A stretch of DNA of 64,000 nt from Sinomicrobium sp. (GCA_029266035.1 JAJUFH010000009.1:20777-84776), one strand, 5' to 3'; positions 36,757 to 47,182 are shown, counted from the first letter of the stretch. Notes: a model not told the origin generated them from the sequence alone. Numbers and translations are program-made.

Positions 36757-38355
36757 TCAGTCTATCGGAATTTCTACTCCTTTGAAGTTAAAGTCGGAGA
36801 AGAAATATATTCCTCCCCTTCCCGGAACAACATCATTGTTTAATATTTCTCCTTCGAAATAAGACCTTATATTAAAAGCAACCGTAAAGTTGGGAGAAAT
36901 CTGATCGACTGGTATATCGTACTCACATTTTATCCAATAGCCATTAACTGGTCTATCAGGGTTTTTTCTTCCATCGGGATCTGGTCCGGTTTGATACCCC
37001 GGATACGGTGTTCCAATAAATTCTTCTCCCCATTCATCGCTGTGCAATTGAACTGTAGCTCTCCTACATCTTATTACTTCATTTACTTGCGTCCAGGTAC
37101 CGTTAAGCCAGTTTCCTTCAGGATCTCGTATATCTCCTCCAGTATAATCGGTAGAAATGTACACCTCCATATCAGTTGGTGTGCGCCCATCTGCCAAATA
37201 ATTAACATAGTGAGCCTGATAATAGTATGTAAAAGAAAGCTTATAACCATACTGAAAGGGTGTCAGATCTTGAGTGTTGATTACGAGCCAAGTATCGTTA
37301 GGCTTTGTAGTGCTTGAACCGTTGGCATAGGTCTGACTACCCAAAATGGTTTGTGACGTATTCTCTTCGGGTCTGTCTGGAGGGCCCACATAATCTCGCA
37401 TAGCCCCGTGTCCTAAATTACCCCAAATACTTCTTGCCTCACCCGGATTATCCACCTGAATTGAAAATCCTTCTCCTGATGTGGGAAATAGTCCAGAAGT
37501 TCTTAGGGTAGGATAAAATATATTAATGGTTTCGACAGGCATCTCCTCAGGCTTATCTGTAATAATGGTAGTTACCTTATCCTCAAACACCACCGATTCC
37601 TCCGTTATATTACTTATCACCTTAACAGTTGGCGATATAGTATCGTAAGTAGAATAAGCATAGCCGGGAGCAAGGGAGATCGATCCCGTTTCAGGGTCAA
37701 TTTGCAATTTGTCCGTATAATCTACCAACTCAAAACTGACATCCGGATTGGAATTAGGCAGTATAGGCTCTCGAGTCTTACTCTCCGGATCTCCGTATAC
37801 CAAATTCTGATTTTTAAGCGAGTAAATCAGATTGCTGGGTAAAAGTGGCGATACAAAAAGATGGAAAGCATCATCAAAGGTGGTTTCGTACTTTACCCCG
37901 TCAGACTCCGTAGTTACCTTTATAGTAAAATAATAATCCCCTACAGTAAATTCATGACCATCGGCTATAGAGATAATACCATTTTGAGAAGCATTTTCTG
38001 CCGTGTAAAATGTAATCGGATTTCCATTTTCATCCACTTTTCCCAATTCTGGATCTACTTGATAATCCCCTGAAGTGACTTCTCCAACGCTTATATACTC
38101 CATATAAGAATCGTCTAATACCGTACCGTCTTCTGTACTTATACTAACTATTTCAAAGGTAGGTGTGAGTCCACCTGTTTGGATTGTTGGAGCCGCTGTT
38201 ACAATGGCTTTGGTTTCCCTTGCATCAGTAATGCTGGCGTATTTCAAATCTGAAGGAACCTGAAAGTCCTCCAATTCTGATTTAAAGGAGGACTCCTCAC
38301 AAGCGATCATTGACATAATGCAGCACCACAGCAAAATCAATTTTTTATTTTTCAT
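36757..38355 (-). CDS. PUL-encoded surface lipoprotein of unknown family (candidate glycan-binding protein)
   Basis: A lipobox MIACEES is present. The 532 aa sequence is beta-rich, with Ig-like N-terminal segments and a jelly-roll-like C-terminal region. No catalytic motif was recognised. It is the first gene of the minus-strand PUL arm. Confidence 0.45.
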   Translation of the reverse strand: MKNKKLILLWCCIMSMIACEESSFKSELEDFQVPSDLKYASITDARETKAIVTAAPTIQTGGLTPTFEIVSISTEDGTVLDDSYMEYISVGEVTSGDYQVDPELGKVDENGNPITFYTAENASQNGIISIADGHEFTVGDYYFTIKVTTESDGVKYETTFDDAFHLFVSPLLPSNLIYSLKNQNLVYGDPESKTREPILPNSNPDVSFELVDYTDKLQIDPETGSISLAPGYAYSTYDTISPTVKVISNITEESVVFEDKVTTIITDKPEEMPVETINIFYPTLRTSGLFPTSGEGFSIQVDNPGEARSIWGNLGHGAMRDYVGPPDRPEENTSQTILGSQTYANGSSTTKPNDTWLVINTQDLTPFQYGYKLSFTYYYQAHYVNYLADGRTPTDMEVYISTDYTGGDIRDPEGNWLNGTWTQVNEVIRCRRATVQLHSDEWGEEFIGTPYPGYQTGPDPDGRKNPDRPVNGYWIKCEYDIPVDQISPNFTVAFNIRSYFEGEILNNDVVPGRGGIYFFSDFNFKGVEIPID

Positions 38356-38665
38356 AATTTATTGATTAAAAAAAAGTGTATTTGGTTAATTTTTAATAAC
38401 AAAATGAGATTTAAACAAATATCAAAAAAACAAACTACAATAAAGGGGGGCTTATTGTCTAATTCACGGGGGTATTTTGAGTGTTGACCCCATAACATCT
38501 CGCTAATTGCCGTCTCCAAAACCTATATCACCTTGATTATTTCACTTTGTAAAACAGATGGTTTACACCTCATGTTTAGACATTTACCCCCTGCTCTCCA
38601 AGTTAAAAACACACTATATTGTCAATTCTAAAAAAGAGAACTCCTCTCTTTAAAAAACTCAAATT

Positions 38666-40171
38666 ATGAGATGTTCAATTGTCAAATATTTTCACTTTTT
38701 CAGCTCCCTTATCAGTTGCTTGTGCCTAGTCCCTTTAACGGCACAGCAGACCAATATTCAAAAAAAGAATATACTGTTTATCGCAGTAGACGACTTGCGT
38801 CCTGAATTGGGATGTTATGGTGCCAACTACATAAAAACTCCCAATATTGACAAACTAGCTACAGAAGGTATGCTGTTTGAAAACGCCTATTGCCAACAGG
38901 CAGTTTGTGCGCCATCGCGCAATAGTATTATGACCGGATTGCGCCCAGATGCACTGAACATATACGATCTAAGTACATTTTTTCGAACCACCGCACCCGA
39001 TGTAGTCACCCTACCCCAACAGTTTAAAAACAATGGGTATACCACCGAAACCGTAGGAAAAATTTATCACACCGGTCACGGTAATCAAGACGATAGCCTG
39101 TCGTGGTCTGTGCCGAAATGGGATTCTTCAATTGAAAGAAAGAAGTTAAAAAAAATAAGGCATGGCGATACTACAGGGTTGGAATCTGACTTTCCCAGAA
39201 TAAACGGAAAACGGCTTCCTTATTACAAATCTAATATGCCGGAGGAACAAATGTCGGACGCTATTGTAGCCCGTATTGCCGTAGAGCGAATACGCGCATT
39301 AAAAGACCAAGGCAATCCGTTTTTTATGGCCGTAGGGTTTGTAAGGCCCCACCTGCCATTTATAGCCCCTAAAAAGTATTGGGACCTCTACAATCCAGAC
39401 GATATTACAATACCGGAACGGAAAGATCCCGTAGGAGCTTCAAAATACTCCCTACCCCGTTGGTCGGGCGAGTTGACCTCCTATCACGGTATGCTACAGT
39501 ACAAAAAAGAAGGTGAACTCCCGGACGATCTCAGCCGAAACCTTATACACGGATATTACGCTGCAGTAAGTTTGATGGATGCACAAGTAGGCAAGCTGTT
39601 GAACACCCTCGACGAATTGGGTATCAGAGAAAACACCATAGTAGTGCTCTGGGGTGATCACGGTTGGAAGCTGGGCGAATACGGCAGATGGTGCAAACAC
39701 TCCAATGTAGAGTTAGACACTCGCGTTCCGCTGATTATAAGCGACCCCGATCTCTTAAAAGGAAAAAAAACCGAATCGCTGGCAGAATTGGTAGATGTCT
39801 ATCCTACCCTATGTGATTTGGCAGGAATAGAAAAACCTAAGCATCTGCAGGGAAAGAGTTTGGCAGCTGTATTAAAAAATCCGAAAAAGACAGTAAAAGA
39901 AGTGGCTATGAGCCAATACCCAAGAGGAAAGCGCTTAAAAGAAGATCGCACAAAATGGGAGGTAATGGGCTATTCCATTACCGATGGCCGCTATCGGTTT
40001 ACGCGTTGGCAATCTTATAAAAATCCAAAAGAGATTTTAGACAGAGAACTTTACGATCACGAAGAAGGAAGAATAGACCTGACCAATCTTGTCAACTCAA
40101 AAAAACACCGCGCTATTGTACAAAGAATGGAGAAAAAACTGAACGAATTACTTACCGAGAACAGATTTTAA
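38666..40171 (+). CDS. Cys-type sulfatase, iduronate-2-sulfatase-like
   Basis: The IAVDDLRPELGCYG signature and the QAVCAPSRNSIMTG formylglycine motif are present. A signal peptide is present and the length is 501 aa. Confidence 0.85.
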   Translation: MRCSIVKYFHFFSSLISCLCLVPLTAQQTNIQKKNILFIAVDDLRPELGCYGANYIKTPNIDKLATEGMLFENAYCQQAVCAPSRNSIMTGLRPDALNIYDLSTFFRTTAPDVVTLPQQFKNNGYTTETVGKIYHTGHGNQDDSLSWSVPKWDSSIERKKLKKIRHGDTTGLESDFPRINGKRLPYYKSNMPEEQMSDAIVARIAVERIRALKDQGNPFFMAVGFVRPHLPFIAPKKYWDLYNPDDITIPERKDPVGASKYSLPRWSGELTSYHGMLQYKKEGELPDDLSRNLIHGYYAAVSLMDAQVGKLLNTLDELGIRENTIVVLWGDHGWKLGEYGRWCKHSNVELDTRVPLIISDPDLLKGKKTESLAELVDVYPTLCDLAGIEKPKHLQGKSLAAVLKNPKKTVKEVAMSQYPRGKRLKEDRTKWEVMGYSITDGRYRFTRWQSYKNPKEILDRELYDHEEGRIDLTNLVNSKKHRAIVQRMEKKLNELLTENRF

Positions 40172-40246
40172 TCTTTTCTTTTACAGATACTTAAATGTAT
40201 AAACATTAATTAAAAAATTGTAAAACGATAAAACCTATAAACACTC

Positions 40247-41419
40247 ATGAACCTATTTAGAATCACCGCTTTTTTGTCATTTCTTATTATTTTAAGCTGT
40301 GCTCCCAAAGAAAATAATACAACCCGATTAAAGGAAAGCGAACTGCAACTCCGCGCACTTCGAGAGTTGTCTGTAAAAGAAAACAACAACCCTCGAAGTA
40401 CAAAAGACGGAGAAATGGTATGGACACATCAGCCCTACGACTGGACCGAAGGTTTTTGGTCGGGTACCTGCTGGATGCTCTACGAAGAGACTGGAGATGA
40501 AAAGTGGAGGGAAGCCGCAGAGGCGATTCAAAAACTCTATGTAGATCACAAAGACCTCACTACAGATCACGATCTCGGCTTTATATTCAACAACTCCTTC
40601 GGAAAGGCGTTTAGGATAACGGGTGATGAACAGTATAAAGCCGTGATGCTCGATGCGGCTAATTCACTGATTACCCGATTCAACCCCCAAGTGGGTTGTA
40701 TACAGAGTTGGGATGTTATAGATAACTGGCAGAGCAAGCGAGGATGGTCTTTTCCCGTTATTATAGACAATCTCATGAATTTGGAATTGCTGTTTGAAGC
40801 CTTCAAAATCACGGGGGATCAGAAATACAAAGACATTGCCGTTGCTCATGCCAACACCACTATGAAGGAACATTTTCGAGAAGACGGAAGTTCGTATCAC
40901 GTGGTAGACTACAATCCTGAAACGGGGGCAGTAAACAGCAGGATAACTGCACAGGGCTATGCCGACGAAAGTGCTTGGGCGAGAGGACAAGCCTGGGCGC
41001 TGTACGGTTACACCATGTGTTATCGCTATACAAAAGATGAGAAATACTTGAAAATGGCCGAAAAAATTTCAGGCTTTATCTTGTCTCATCCTAACTATCC
41101 GGAAGACGGGGTTCCTTATTGGGATTTTAACGCTCCTGACATTCCCAATGCTCTAAGAGATGCCTCGGCAGGAGCCATCATGGCTTCGGCATGGATCGAA
41201 CTCGACAAATACTCTGATAGCGAATACCTTAATCGGGCAGAAACCATACTCAATACGCTGAGTTCTGAAAAATTCAGAAGTAAGTCTGAAAAAGATTATT
41301 TTCTGCTAAAACACAGTGTAGGAAGTATTCCGCATGGAAACGAAATAGATGTTCCTCTCAACTATGCCGATTATTACTATCTGGAAGCCCTGTTGCGTAT
41401 CACAAAAAAGACATTGTGA
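40247..41419 (+). CDS. GH88 unsaturated glucuronyl hydrolase
   Basis: A lipobox ILSC is present. The motifs WTEGFWSGTCWM, DHDLGF (catalytic Asp region) and RGQAWALYGY are typical of GH88/GH105-clan enzymes. The length is 390 aa. Confidence 0.85.
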   Translation: MNLFRITAFLSFLIILSCAPKENNTTRLKESELQLRALRELSVKENNNPRSTKDGEMVWTHQPYDWTEGFWSGTCWMLYEETGDEKWREAAEAIQKLYVDHKDLTTDHDLGFIFNNSFGKAFRITGDEQYKAVMLDAANSLITRFNPQVGCIQSWDVIDNWQSKRGWSFPVIIDNLMNLELLFEAFKITGDQKYKDIAVAHANTTMKEHFREDGSSYHVVDYNPETGAVNSRITAQGYADESAWARGQAWALYGYTMCYRYTKDEKYLKMAEKISGFILSHPNYPEDGVPYWDFNAPDIPNALRDASAGAIMASAWIELDKYSDSEYLNRAETILNTLSSEKFRSKSEKDYFLLKHSVGSIPHGNEIDVPLNYADYYYLEALLRITKKTL

Positions 41420-41529
41420 GATCATTTTAAAAATCGTAATATTATATCCTGATAAAAAGACAATAAGTGAGTGGCCGTAAAATCCGCTCTGAAGTCTGTC
41501 CTGAAATTAATCGCCAAAACCCAATTAAA

Positions 41530-42924
41530 ATGTTGCGAAAACCACTGTTTTTCATAAGTGTGCTGATTAGTACAGCTTGCTTTGCACAAACCAAATTAGG
41601 TGCTCTTTTTTCCGATCATATGGTACTACAGCGAGAGACGGAAGTTTCTATATGGGGTACCGACAATCCCGATACCAAAATCAGTATTTCTACAGAATGG
41701 GGTGAAAAAGCCTCTGCCGTGACCGATGCCGACGGTAAATGGAAACTGACCGTAAAAACCACCGATGCCGGTGATCCGTATACTATCGAGATCAAAGGAT
41801 CGGAGAAAATTGTTCTCAGTGATGTTCTGCTTGGAGAGGTCTGGCTGTGTTCAGGTCAGTCTAATATGCAAATGCCGATGAAAGGATTCAACGGTCAACC
41901 CATAAATAACAGTAACGATATTGTGCTGAATAGTACCAACCCTCAACTTCGCCTTTTTCACGTAAAACGAGATATGAGTGATAATCCGAAGGAGAATTAT
42001 GAAGGCAGCTGGAAACAAGCTACTCCTGAAGCCGTTTTTAATTTCAGCGCCGTAGCCTATATGTACGGCAGTATGCTACAAGAAAAACTGGGTGTTCCTG
42101 TGGGTATTATCAACAGCAGTGTGGGAGGTACCCGAGTAGAAGCCTGGACTAGAAACGAAGTACTGACCGACCCAAAACTAGGCGTGAAAGTAAAGATGGG
42201 TAAATCTGAAATGGACAAAAACAATGCTTCTGTACTTTACAACGCTATGATACATCCTCTTATCCCCTACGGCATTAAAGGCGTACTGTGGTACCAAGGA
42301 GAATCAAACAGAGGAAACCATGAGGAATACAAAACCCTTTTTCCCGCTATGATAAACAGTTGGAGGGAAGAATGGGGACTTGGAGATTTTCCGTTCTACT
42401 ACGTTCAGATAGCGCCGTACGGATACAAAGGCAAAATCAATTCCGCTTATCTTAGAGAAGCACAATTACACAGCCTACAGCATACAACCAATACCGGAAT
42501 GGCCGTTACCATGGATATAGGTAGTAAAGGCTCTATACATCCACCTGAAAAGAGAGAGGTGGCAAAACGCCTGTTGTATCTGGCACTTGCGAAAACATAC
42601 GGTTATAAAGGTATATTGTACAACGGCCCTGTGTATAAGGCTATGGAAGTAAAAGACAATAAGGTGCATCTGAGTTTTGATTATGCCCCAAACGGATTGT
42701 TCAATTTTGGCAAACCACTCTCCGACTTTACTATTGCGGGTAAAGACAGAAAGTTTCATCCGGCAGAGGCAAAAATTACAAGAGGAAAACTTGTGGTTTG
42801 GAGCAAAGAGGTACCCGAGCCGGTTGCTGTGCGATACGGGTGGAGCAATTATTTGGTAGGTAGCTTGTTCAACCTCGCAGGACTACCAGCCTCATCGTTC
42901 CGTACCGATAATTGGGAAGAATGA
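41530..42924 (+). CDS. SASA-domain (sialate O-acetylesterase-like) carbohydrate esterase
   Basis: The GEVWLCSGQSNMQMPM (GQSNM nucleophile motif) and VLWYQGESN motifs are present. The start was trimmed from the GTG at 41467 to the ATG at 41530, which gives the signal peptide MLRKPLFFISVLISTACFAQ. Confidence 0.82.
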   Translation: MLRKPLFFISVLISTACFAQTKLGALFSDHMVLQRETEVSIWGTDNPDTKISISTEWGEKASAVTDADGKWKLTVKTTDAGDPYTIEIKGSEKIVLSDVLLGEVWLCSGQSNMQMPMKGFNGQPINNSNDIVLNSTNPQLRLFHVKRDMSDNPKENYEGSWKQATPEAVFNFSAVAYMYGSMLQEKLGVPVGIINSSVGGTRVEAWTRNEVLTDPKLGVKVKMGKSEMDKNNASVLYNAMIHPLIPYGIKGVLWYQGESNRGNHEEYKTLFPAMINSWREEWGLGDFPFYYVQIAPYGYKGKINSAYLREAQLHSLQHTTNTGMAVTMDIGSKGSIHPPEKREVAKRLLYLALAKTYGYKGILYNGPVYKAMEVKDNKVHLSFDYAPNGLFNFGKPLSDFTIAGKDRKFHPAEAKITRGKLVVWSKEVPEPVAVRYGWSNYLVGSLFNLAGLPASSFRTDNWEE

Positions 42925-43085
42925 GAAATAGGGAGTTTAACCTTGGAAATATATCTACTTTATCAAGTTGAGAACTACTGTCGATTTGTGTTCCACAAAG
43001 GGACAGAACAGTCTAAATCCGGAAGTAAATGCTCTTGTGTAAATTTTTTTTGTACATTCTGATCGGTGCAAAAAACTTTAAAACG

Positions 43086-46000
43086 ATGAAAGTTTACTAT
43101 TTTCTGGGAATATTATTTTTTTGGTGCCATACACCCACCCTTAGCGGACAGCCCCAGGAACTTATAAATGAAGATCTAAAATTTAGACACTACACCTCCG
43201 CTGACGGATTGTCACAAAGATCGGTACTCGCCATCACACAAGACCGTAAGGGGTATTTATGGTTTGGTACTAGAGACGGTCTAAACAGATTTGACGGCAG
43301 TAATTTTGTGGTGTACAAACATCAAATGGGAGACACCACAAGCCTGAGCAACAACAGTATACACTCCATTTACGAAGATAGCTATGGAGGGCTGTGGATA
43401 GGAACCCAAAACGGGCTGAATAAATACAACCCTGAGCTGGACAACTTTATTCACTACAAATATTCCGGATCCTCAAATACCGCCAACGATCATATTATCT
43501 GGAAGATGTCCCAGATAAACCAAAACTTACTCTGGGTAGCGACAAATAACGGTATACTCCAAATCGATCTCAAAACTGACGAGCTCACAAGATTGCAAAA
43601 GGGAGAAAACAACTCCAATTCATTGAGCAGCAATAATGTTAGGAGTTTTTTAAAAGCTACCAGCGACAGCCTGTGGATTTGTAATACGAGATTTATCGAT
43701 CTCTACGACACCGAAAAAGAAACTTTTAAACATATAAACTACCCACAAAAACAAAAAACGGATATCCATCTAAACAGTCCCCCAGTACTATTTTCAGACC
43801 ACGACGGAACCATTTGGTTGGGATATGAAGAAGGACTTGCAATATATCGTCCCTCTTTAAACAGCTTTGTCGATTATGAGTTTGAAGGTAAAAAAGCGAT
43901 TAACAGTGCTGTGCGCACTATCTGTGCCGACCTAGCTGGAAATTTGTGGATTGGGACGTACTCCGGACTGTACATACTCAATGCCATGCGCACAGACTTA
44001 AGGCATATTACCCACGATAAGCACAACACGACAAGCCTTAACCAAAATTCTATTTACAGCATTCTTCGCGACTCACGAGGAGATATGTGGATAGGAACCT
44101 GGGGAGATGGTATTAATTACTACAACAGAGACGACAGCGCATTTAAAAATATCTTACCCGGAAACGGCGATAACAAACTCAATTACAAAGTAGTGAGCGG
44201 TATAGCCGAAGATCCCGACGGAAATTTGTGGATAGGAACCGAAGGAGGTGGAATAAATTTTTACAATAGAAAGACAAAAAAAATTACCTATTACAACTAC
44301 GACTCCGATGAAAAAAACAGCTTGAGTGCCAACAATATCAAATCTGTCATCATAGACAGTAAAAACAATGTCTGGATCGGGATTCACGACGGAGGGGTAA
44401 ACTTCTTGAATACGGCAAAAAAGCCATATGAATTTGAACAAATCGATTTTCCTGAATCGAGTAAACTTTCCTTAAAAGACTACAATGTTTTAACCCTTTT
44501 TGAAGACAAGAACAGAAATATCTGGATCGGCACACTCACCGGTGGACTCATATTTTACGATTCGCACAAAAAACAGCTATCTAAACTGGACGACGATATA
44601 AAAATGGTAATGTCTATAGTTGAATCAGAAAACCCAAATATACTGCTGATAGGAGGAAATAACGGTCTTGAAACCATCAATATAGAAAACCTGGAAAGAA
44701 ACCAAATCCCTCTTCAAAATACATCGGGCGAGGGTACCCTAGATGTGAACTGTATCTTCGTGGATAATTTTAACAACTACTGGATAGGTACCGAAGGCAA
44801 GGGACTCTTTATGTATGATCCAAAAATAAAAAAGACAAAAAATTACGGTATCAAAGAAGGCTTGCCCAACGACATCATCTACGGAATACTCTCGGACGAT
44901 AACGGTAATCTGTGGATCAGTACCAACAACGGTATAAGCAGGCTCAACATAGAATCGGAAAAAATAAAGAACTTCAATCAGTCGGATGGACTACAAGGTA
45001 ATGAGTTCAATTACGGTTCAGCATTTAAAACCCGAAATAAGGAATTGTTTTTTGGAGGAACAAACGGACTCACCTACTTTAATCCGAGTGAAATACGCAC
45101 TAATACTTTTGTTCCTTCAGTCGATATCAGGAATATAGAAGTAAACAATATCCCCTATCTCAAGATTACAGATTCCACCAACCAAATCACCCTAAAGTAC
45201 AACGAAAACAATTTCAGTATAGATTTTACAGCCTTGAGCTATATGCAGCCCGAAAAAAATGAATTTGCCTATATGCTTCAAGGCTTTGACAAAGAGTGGA
45301 AATACGTTGGAAAACAGCGACAAGCAGTATACACCAACATTCCCAAAGGAAAATATATCTTTAGGGTAAAAGGAGCTAATAACGATGGGGTTTGGAATGA
45401 AGAAGGAGACAGTGTCTTTATCCGGATCCTTCCCGCTCCGTGGAAAACATGGTGGGCCTATTTGCTATACGCTACCCTACTCACCGGAATAAGTATATAT
45501 ATAAGAAATCTGATTGTACTGAGAATACGCGAAAAAAAGGAGAAAGAAAAACTACAGGAAATAAACCGACTAAAACTGAGACTGTTTACCGATGTATCAC
45601 ACGATTTCCGGACACCGCTCACGCTTATCACAGGTCCCTTGGAAAAAATGATTCGCCAAAAGGCAGGTGATCCTCATATAAGGCATCAGCACGAGATTAT
45701 GTATCGGAATACACAAATACTTCTGCAACTGATCAATCAAATCTTAGATTTTAGAAAAAGTGAAGCGGGTAAACTCAATTTGCAAGCATCGGAAAACGAT
45801 ATTGTGGCCTTTGTTGAAAATGTCAAAAAATCGTTTGATGCTCTTGCCGAACACAGAGATATTTCGTTCACCCTCACCACCGAAAGAGACAAAATCACCA
45901 TGTGGTTTGACACGGTCAAACTGCAAAAAATATTGTTTAATCTCTTGTCTAATGCCTTTAAACACACAGATCAGGGCAAAAAGATAGGTATACATATATC

Positions 46001-47168
46001 TACAGTATCCGATATTCAACAATCGAAACCCACAGATTTTGTCAGGATAGAAATTGTCAACTTCGGCGATGTAATACCAAAACACCAACTCAAATTTATA
46101 TTCGAACGTTTCTACCAGCTAGAACACTCCCGAAAAGAACCTGGATCGGGAATCGGACTGGCACTTACCAAAAATCTGGTCGATCTTCACAAAGGACAAA
46201 TCAAGGTAAAAAGCTCCGAATCTCGAGGAACGCGTTTTATTGTACTACTACCTATGGGCGATGAACACCTCAGCGAAAGTGAACGCATCGACGAAGCATT
46301 AGGTCCAGACGAAATGCACATTTATGCAAAACCTGATATTTCGGATTCCAATATAGATACTACAGTCACAACAGCTCTTCCAAAAACCGGTGTCAAACAA
46401 GATCTTCCCGCTCTGTTGGTGGTAGAAGACAACAGAGAAGTACAGGAGTTTATCGCAGAAATTTTCAGTAGTAGCTATAATATCTATACTGCCAATCACG
46501 GAAGAGAAGCCTTGGAAGTATGTCAAAACAATACGATAGACCTCATTATAAGCGATGTAAACATGCCAGTAATGAATGGTTACGAATTGTGTCAATCCGT
46601 TAAAACTACATTGATTACCAGCCATATTCCGGTAATACTCCTCACTGCAAAAACCTCCGAAATATATCAAGAAAAAGGATTTGATACCGGAGCTGATGCC
46701 TATGTAACCAAGCCGTTTAACGCCAGAATACTACAAAAAAGAATAGACAATTTGATTACAACAAGAGCCAACCTAATAAGAAAATTCAGAAATGATATCA
46801 CACTAGAACCCAAAAATTTAAAAATCACTTCTACTGACGAAGCCTTTTTACAAAAGGCGATATCCACCATTGAAAAAGGATATACCGACCAGAACTTCAA
46901 CGCCACAACGTTTGTAGCCGAAATGAATATGAGCCGCACCGTTATTTACACCAAAATAAAAGCACTTACCGGTCAGAATATCTCTACATTTATTAGAACC
47001 ATACGCTTGAAAAAAGCTGCCTTACTCATCGCTCAGTCTCAAATGAACATCTCCCAAATAGCCTATGAAGTCGGTTTTAACGATCTCAAGTATTTTAGAA
47101 AATGTTTTAAAGAGCTCTTTAAGGTCAATCCTTCCGAATACAAAAAAAAGGATGTTAAAACCTCATGA
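43086..47168 (+). CDS. hybrid two-component system regulator (HTCS): periplasmic beta-propeller/Y_Y_Y sensor, HisKA, HATPase, REC and AraC HTH
   Basis: Repeated LWIGT/GL..Y propeller motifs are present. The other domains are a TM segment (WWAYLLYATLLTGISIYI), an H-box FTDVSHDFRTPL and a G-box GSGIGLALT. There are also a REC domain (LVVEDN...SDVNMPVMNG) and a C-terminal AraC HTH (IAYEVGFNDLKYFRKCF). The start was trimmed to MKVYYFLG. Confidence 0.92.
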   Translation: MKVYYFLGILFFWCHTPTLSGQPQELINEDLKFRHYTSADGLSQRSVLAITQDRKGYLWFGTRDGLNRFDGSNFVVYKHQMGDTTSLSNNSIHSIYEDSYGGLWIGTQNGLNKYNPELDNFIHYKYSGSSNTANDHIIWKMSQINQNLLWVATNNGILQIDLKTDELTRLQKGENNSNSLSSNNVRSFLKATSDSLWICNTRFIDLYDTEKETFKHINYPQKQKTDIHLNSPPVLFSDHDGTIWLGYEEGLAIYRPSLNSFVDYEFEGKKAINSAVRTICADLAGNLWIGTYSGLYILNAMRTDLRHITHDKHNTTSLNQNSIYSILRDSRGDMWIGTWGDGINYYNRDDSAFKNILPGNGDNKLNYKVVSGIAEDPDGNLWIGTEGGGINFYNRKTKKITYYNYDSDEKNSLSANNIKSVIIDSKNNVWIGIHDGGVNFLNTAKKPYEFEQIDFPESSKLSLKDYNVLTLFEDKNRNIWIGTLTGGLIFYDSHKKQLSKLDDDIKMVMSIVESENPNILLIGGNNGLETINIENLERNQIPLQNTSGEGTLDVNCIFVDNFNNYWIGTEGKGLFMYDPKIKKTKNYGIKEGLPNDIIYGILSDDNGNLWISTNNGISRLNIESEKIKNFNQSDGLQGNEFNYGSAFKTRNKELFFGGTNGLTYFNPSEIRTNTFVPSVDIRNIEVNNIPYLKITDSTNQITLKYNENNFSIDFTALSYMQPEKNEFAYMLQGFDKEWKYVGKQRQAVYTNIPKGKYIFRVKGANNDGVWNEEGDSVFIRILPAPWKTWWAYLLYATLLTGISIYIRNLIVLRIREKKEKEKLQEINRLKLRLFTDVSHDFRTPLTLITGPLEKMIRQKAGDPHIRHQHEIMYRNTQILLQLINQILDFRKSEAGKLNLQASENDIVAFVENVKKSFDALAEHRDISFTLTTERDKITMWFDTVKLQKILFNLLSNAFKHTDQGKKIGIHISTVSDIQQSKPTDFVRIEIVNFGDVIPKHQLKFIFERFYQLEHSRKEPGSGIGLALTKNLVDLHKGQIKVKSSESRGTRFIVLLPMGDEHLSESERIDEALGPDEMHIYAKPDISDSNIDTTVTTALPKTGVKQDLPALLVVEDNREVQEFIAEIFSSSYNIYTANHGREALEVCQNNTIDLIISDVNMPVMNGYELCQSVKTTLITSHIPVILLTAKTSEIYQEKGFDTGADAYVTKPFNARILQKRIDNLITTRANLIRKFRNDITLEPKNLKITSTDEAFLQKAISTIEKGYTDQNFNATTFVAEMNMSRTVIYTKIKALTGQNISTFIRTIRLKKAALLIAQSQMNISQIAYEVGFNDLKYFRKCFKELFKVNPSEYKKKDVKTS

Positions 47169-47182
47169 TCCCCAAGGCTTCG

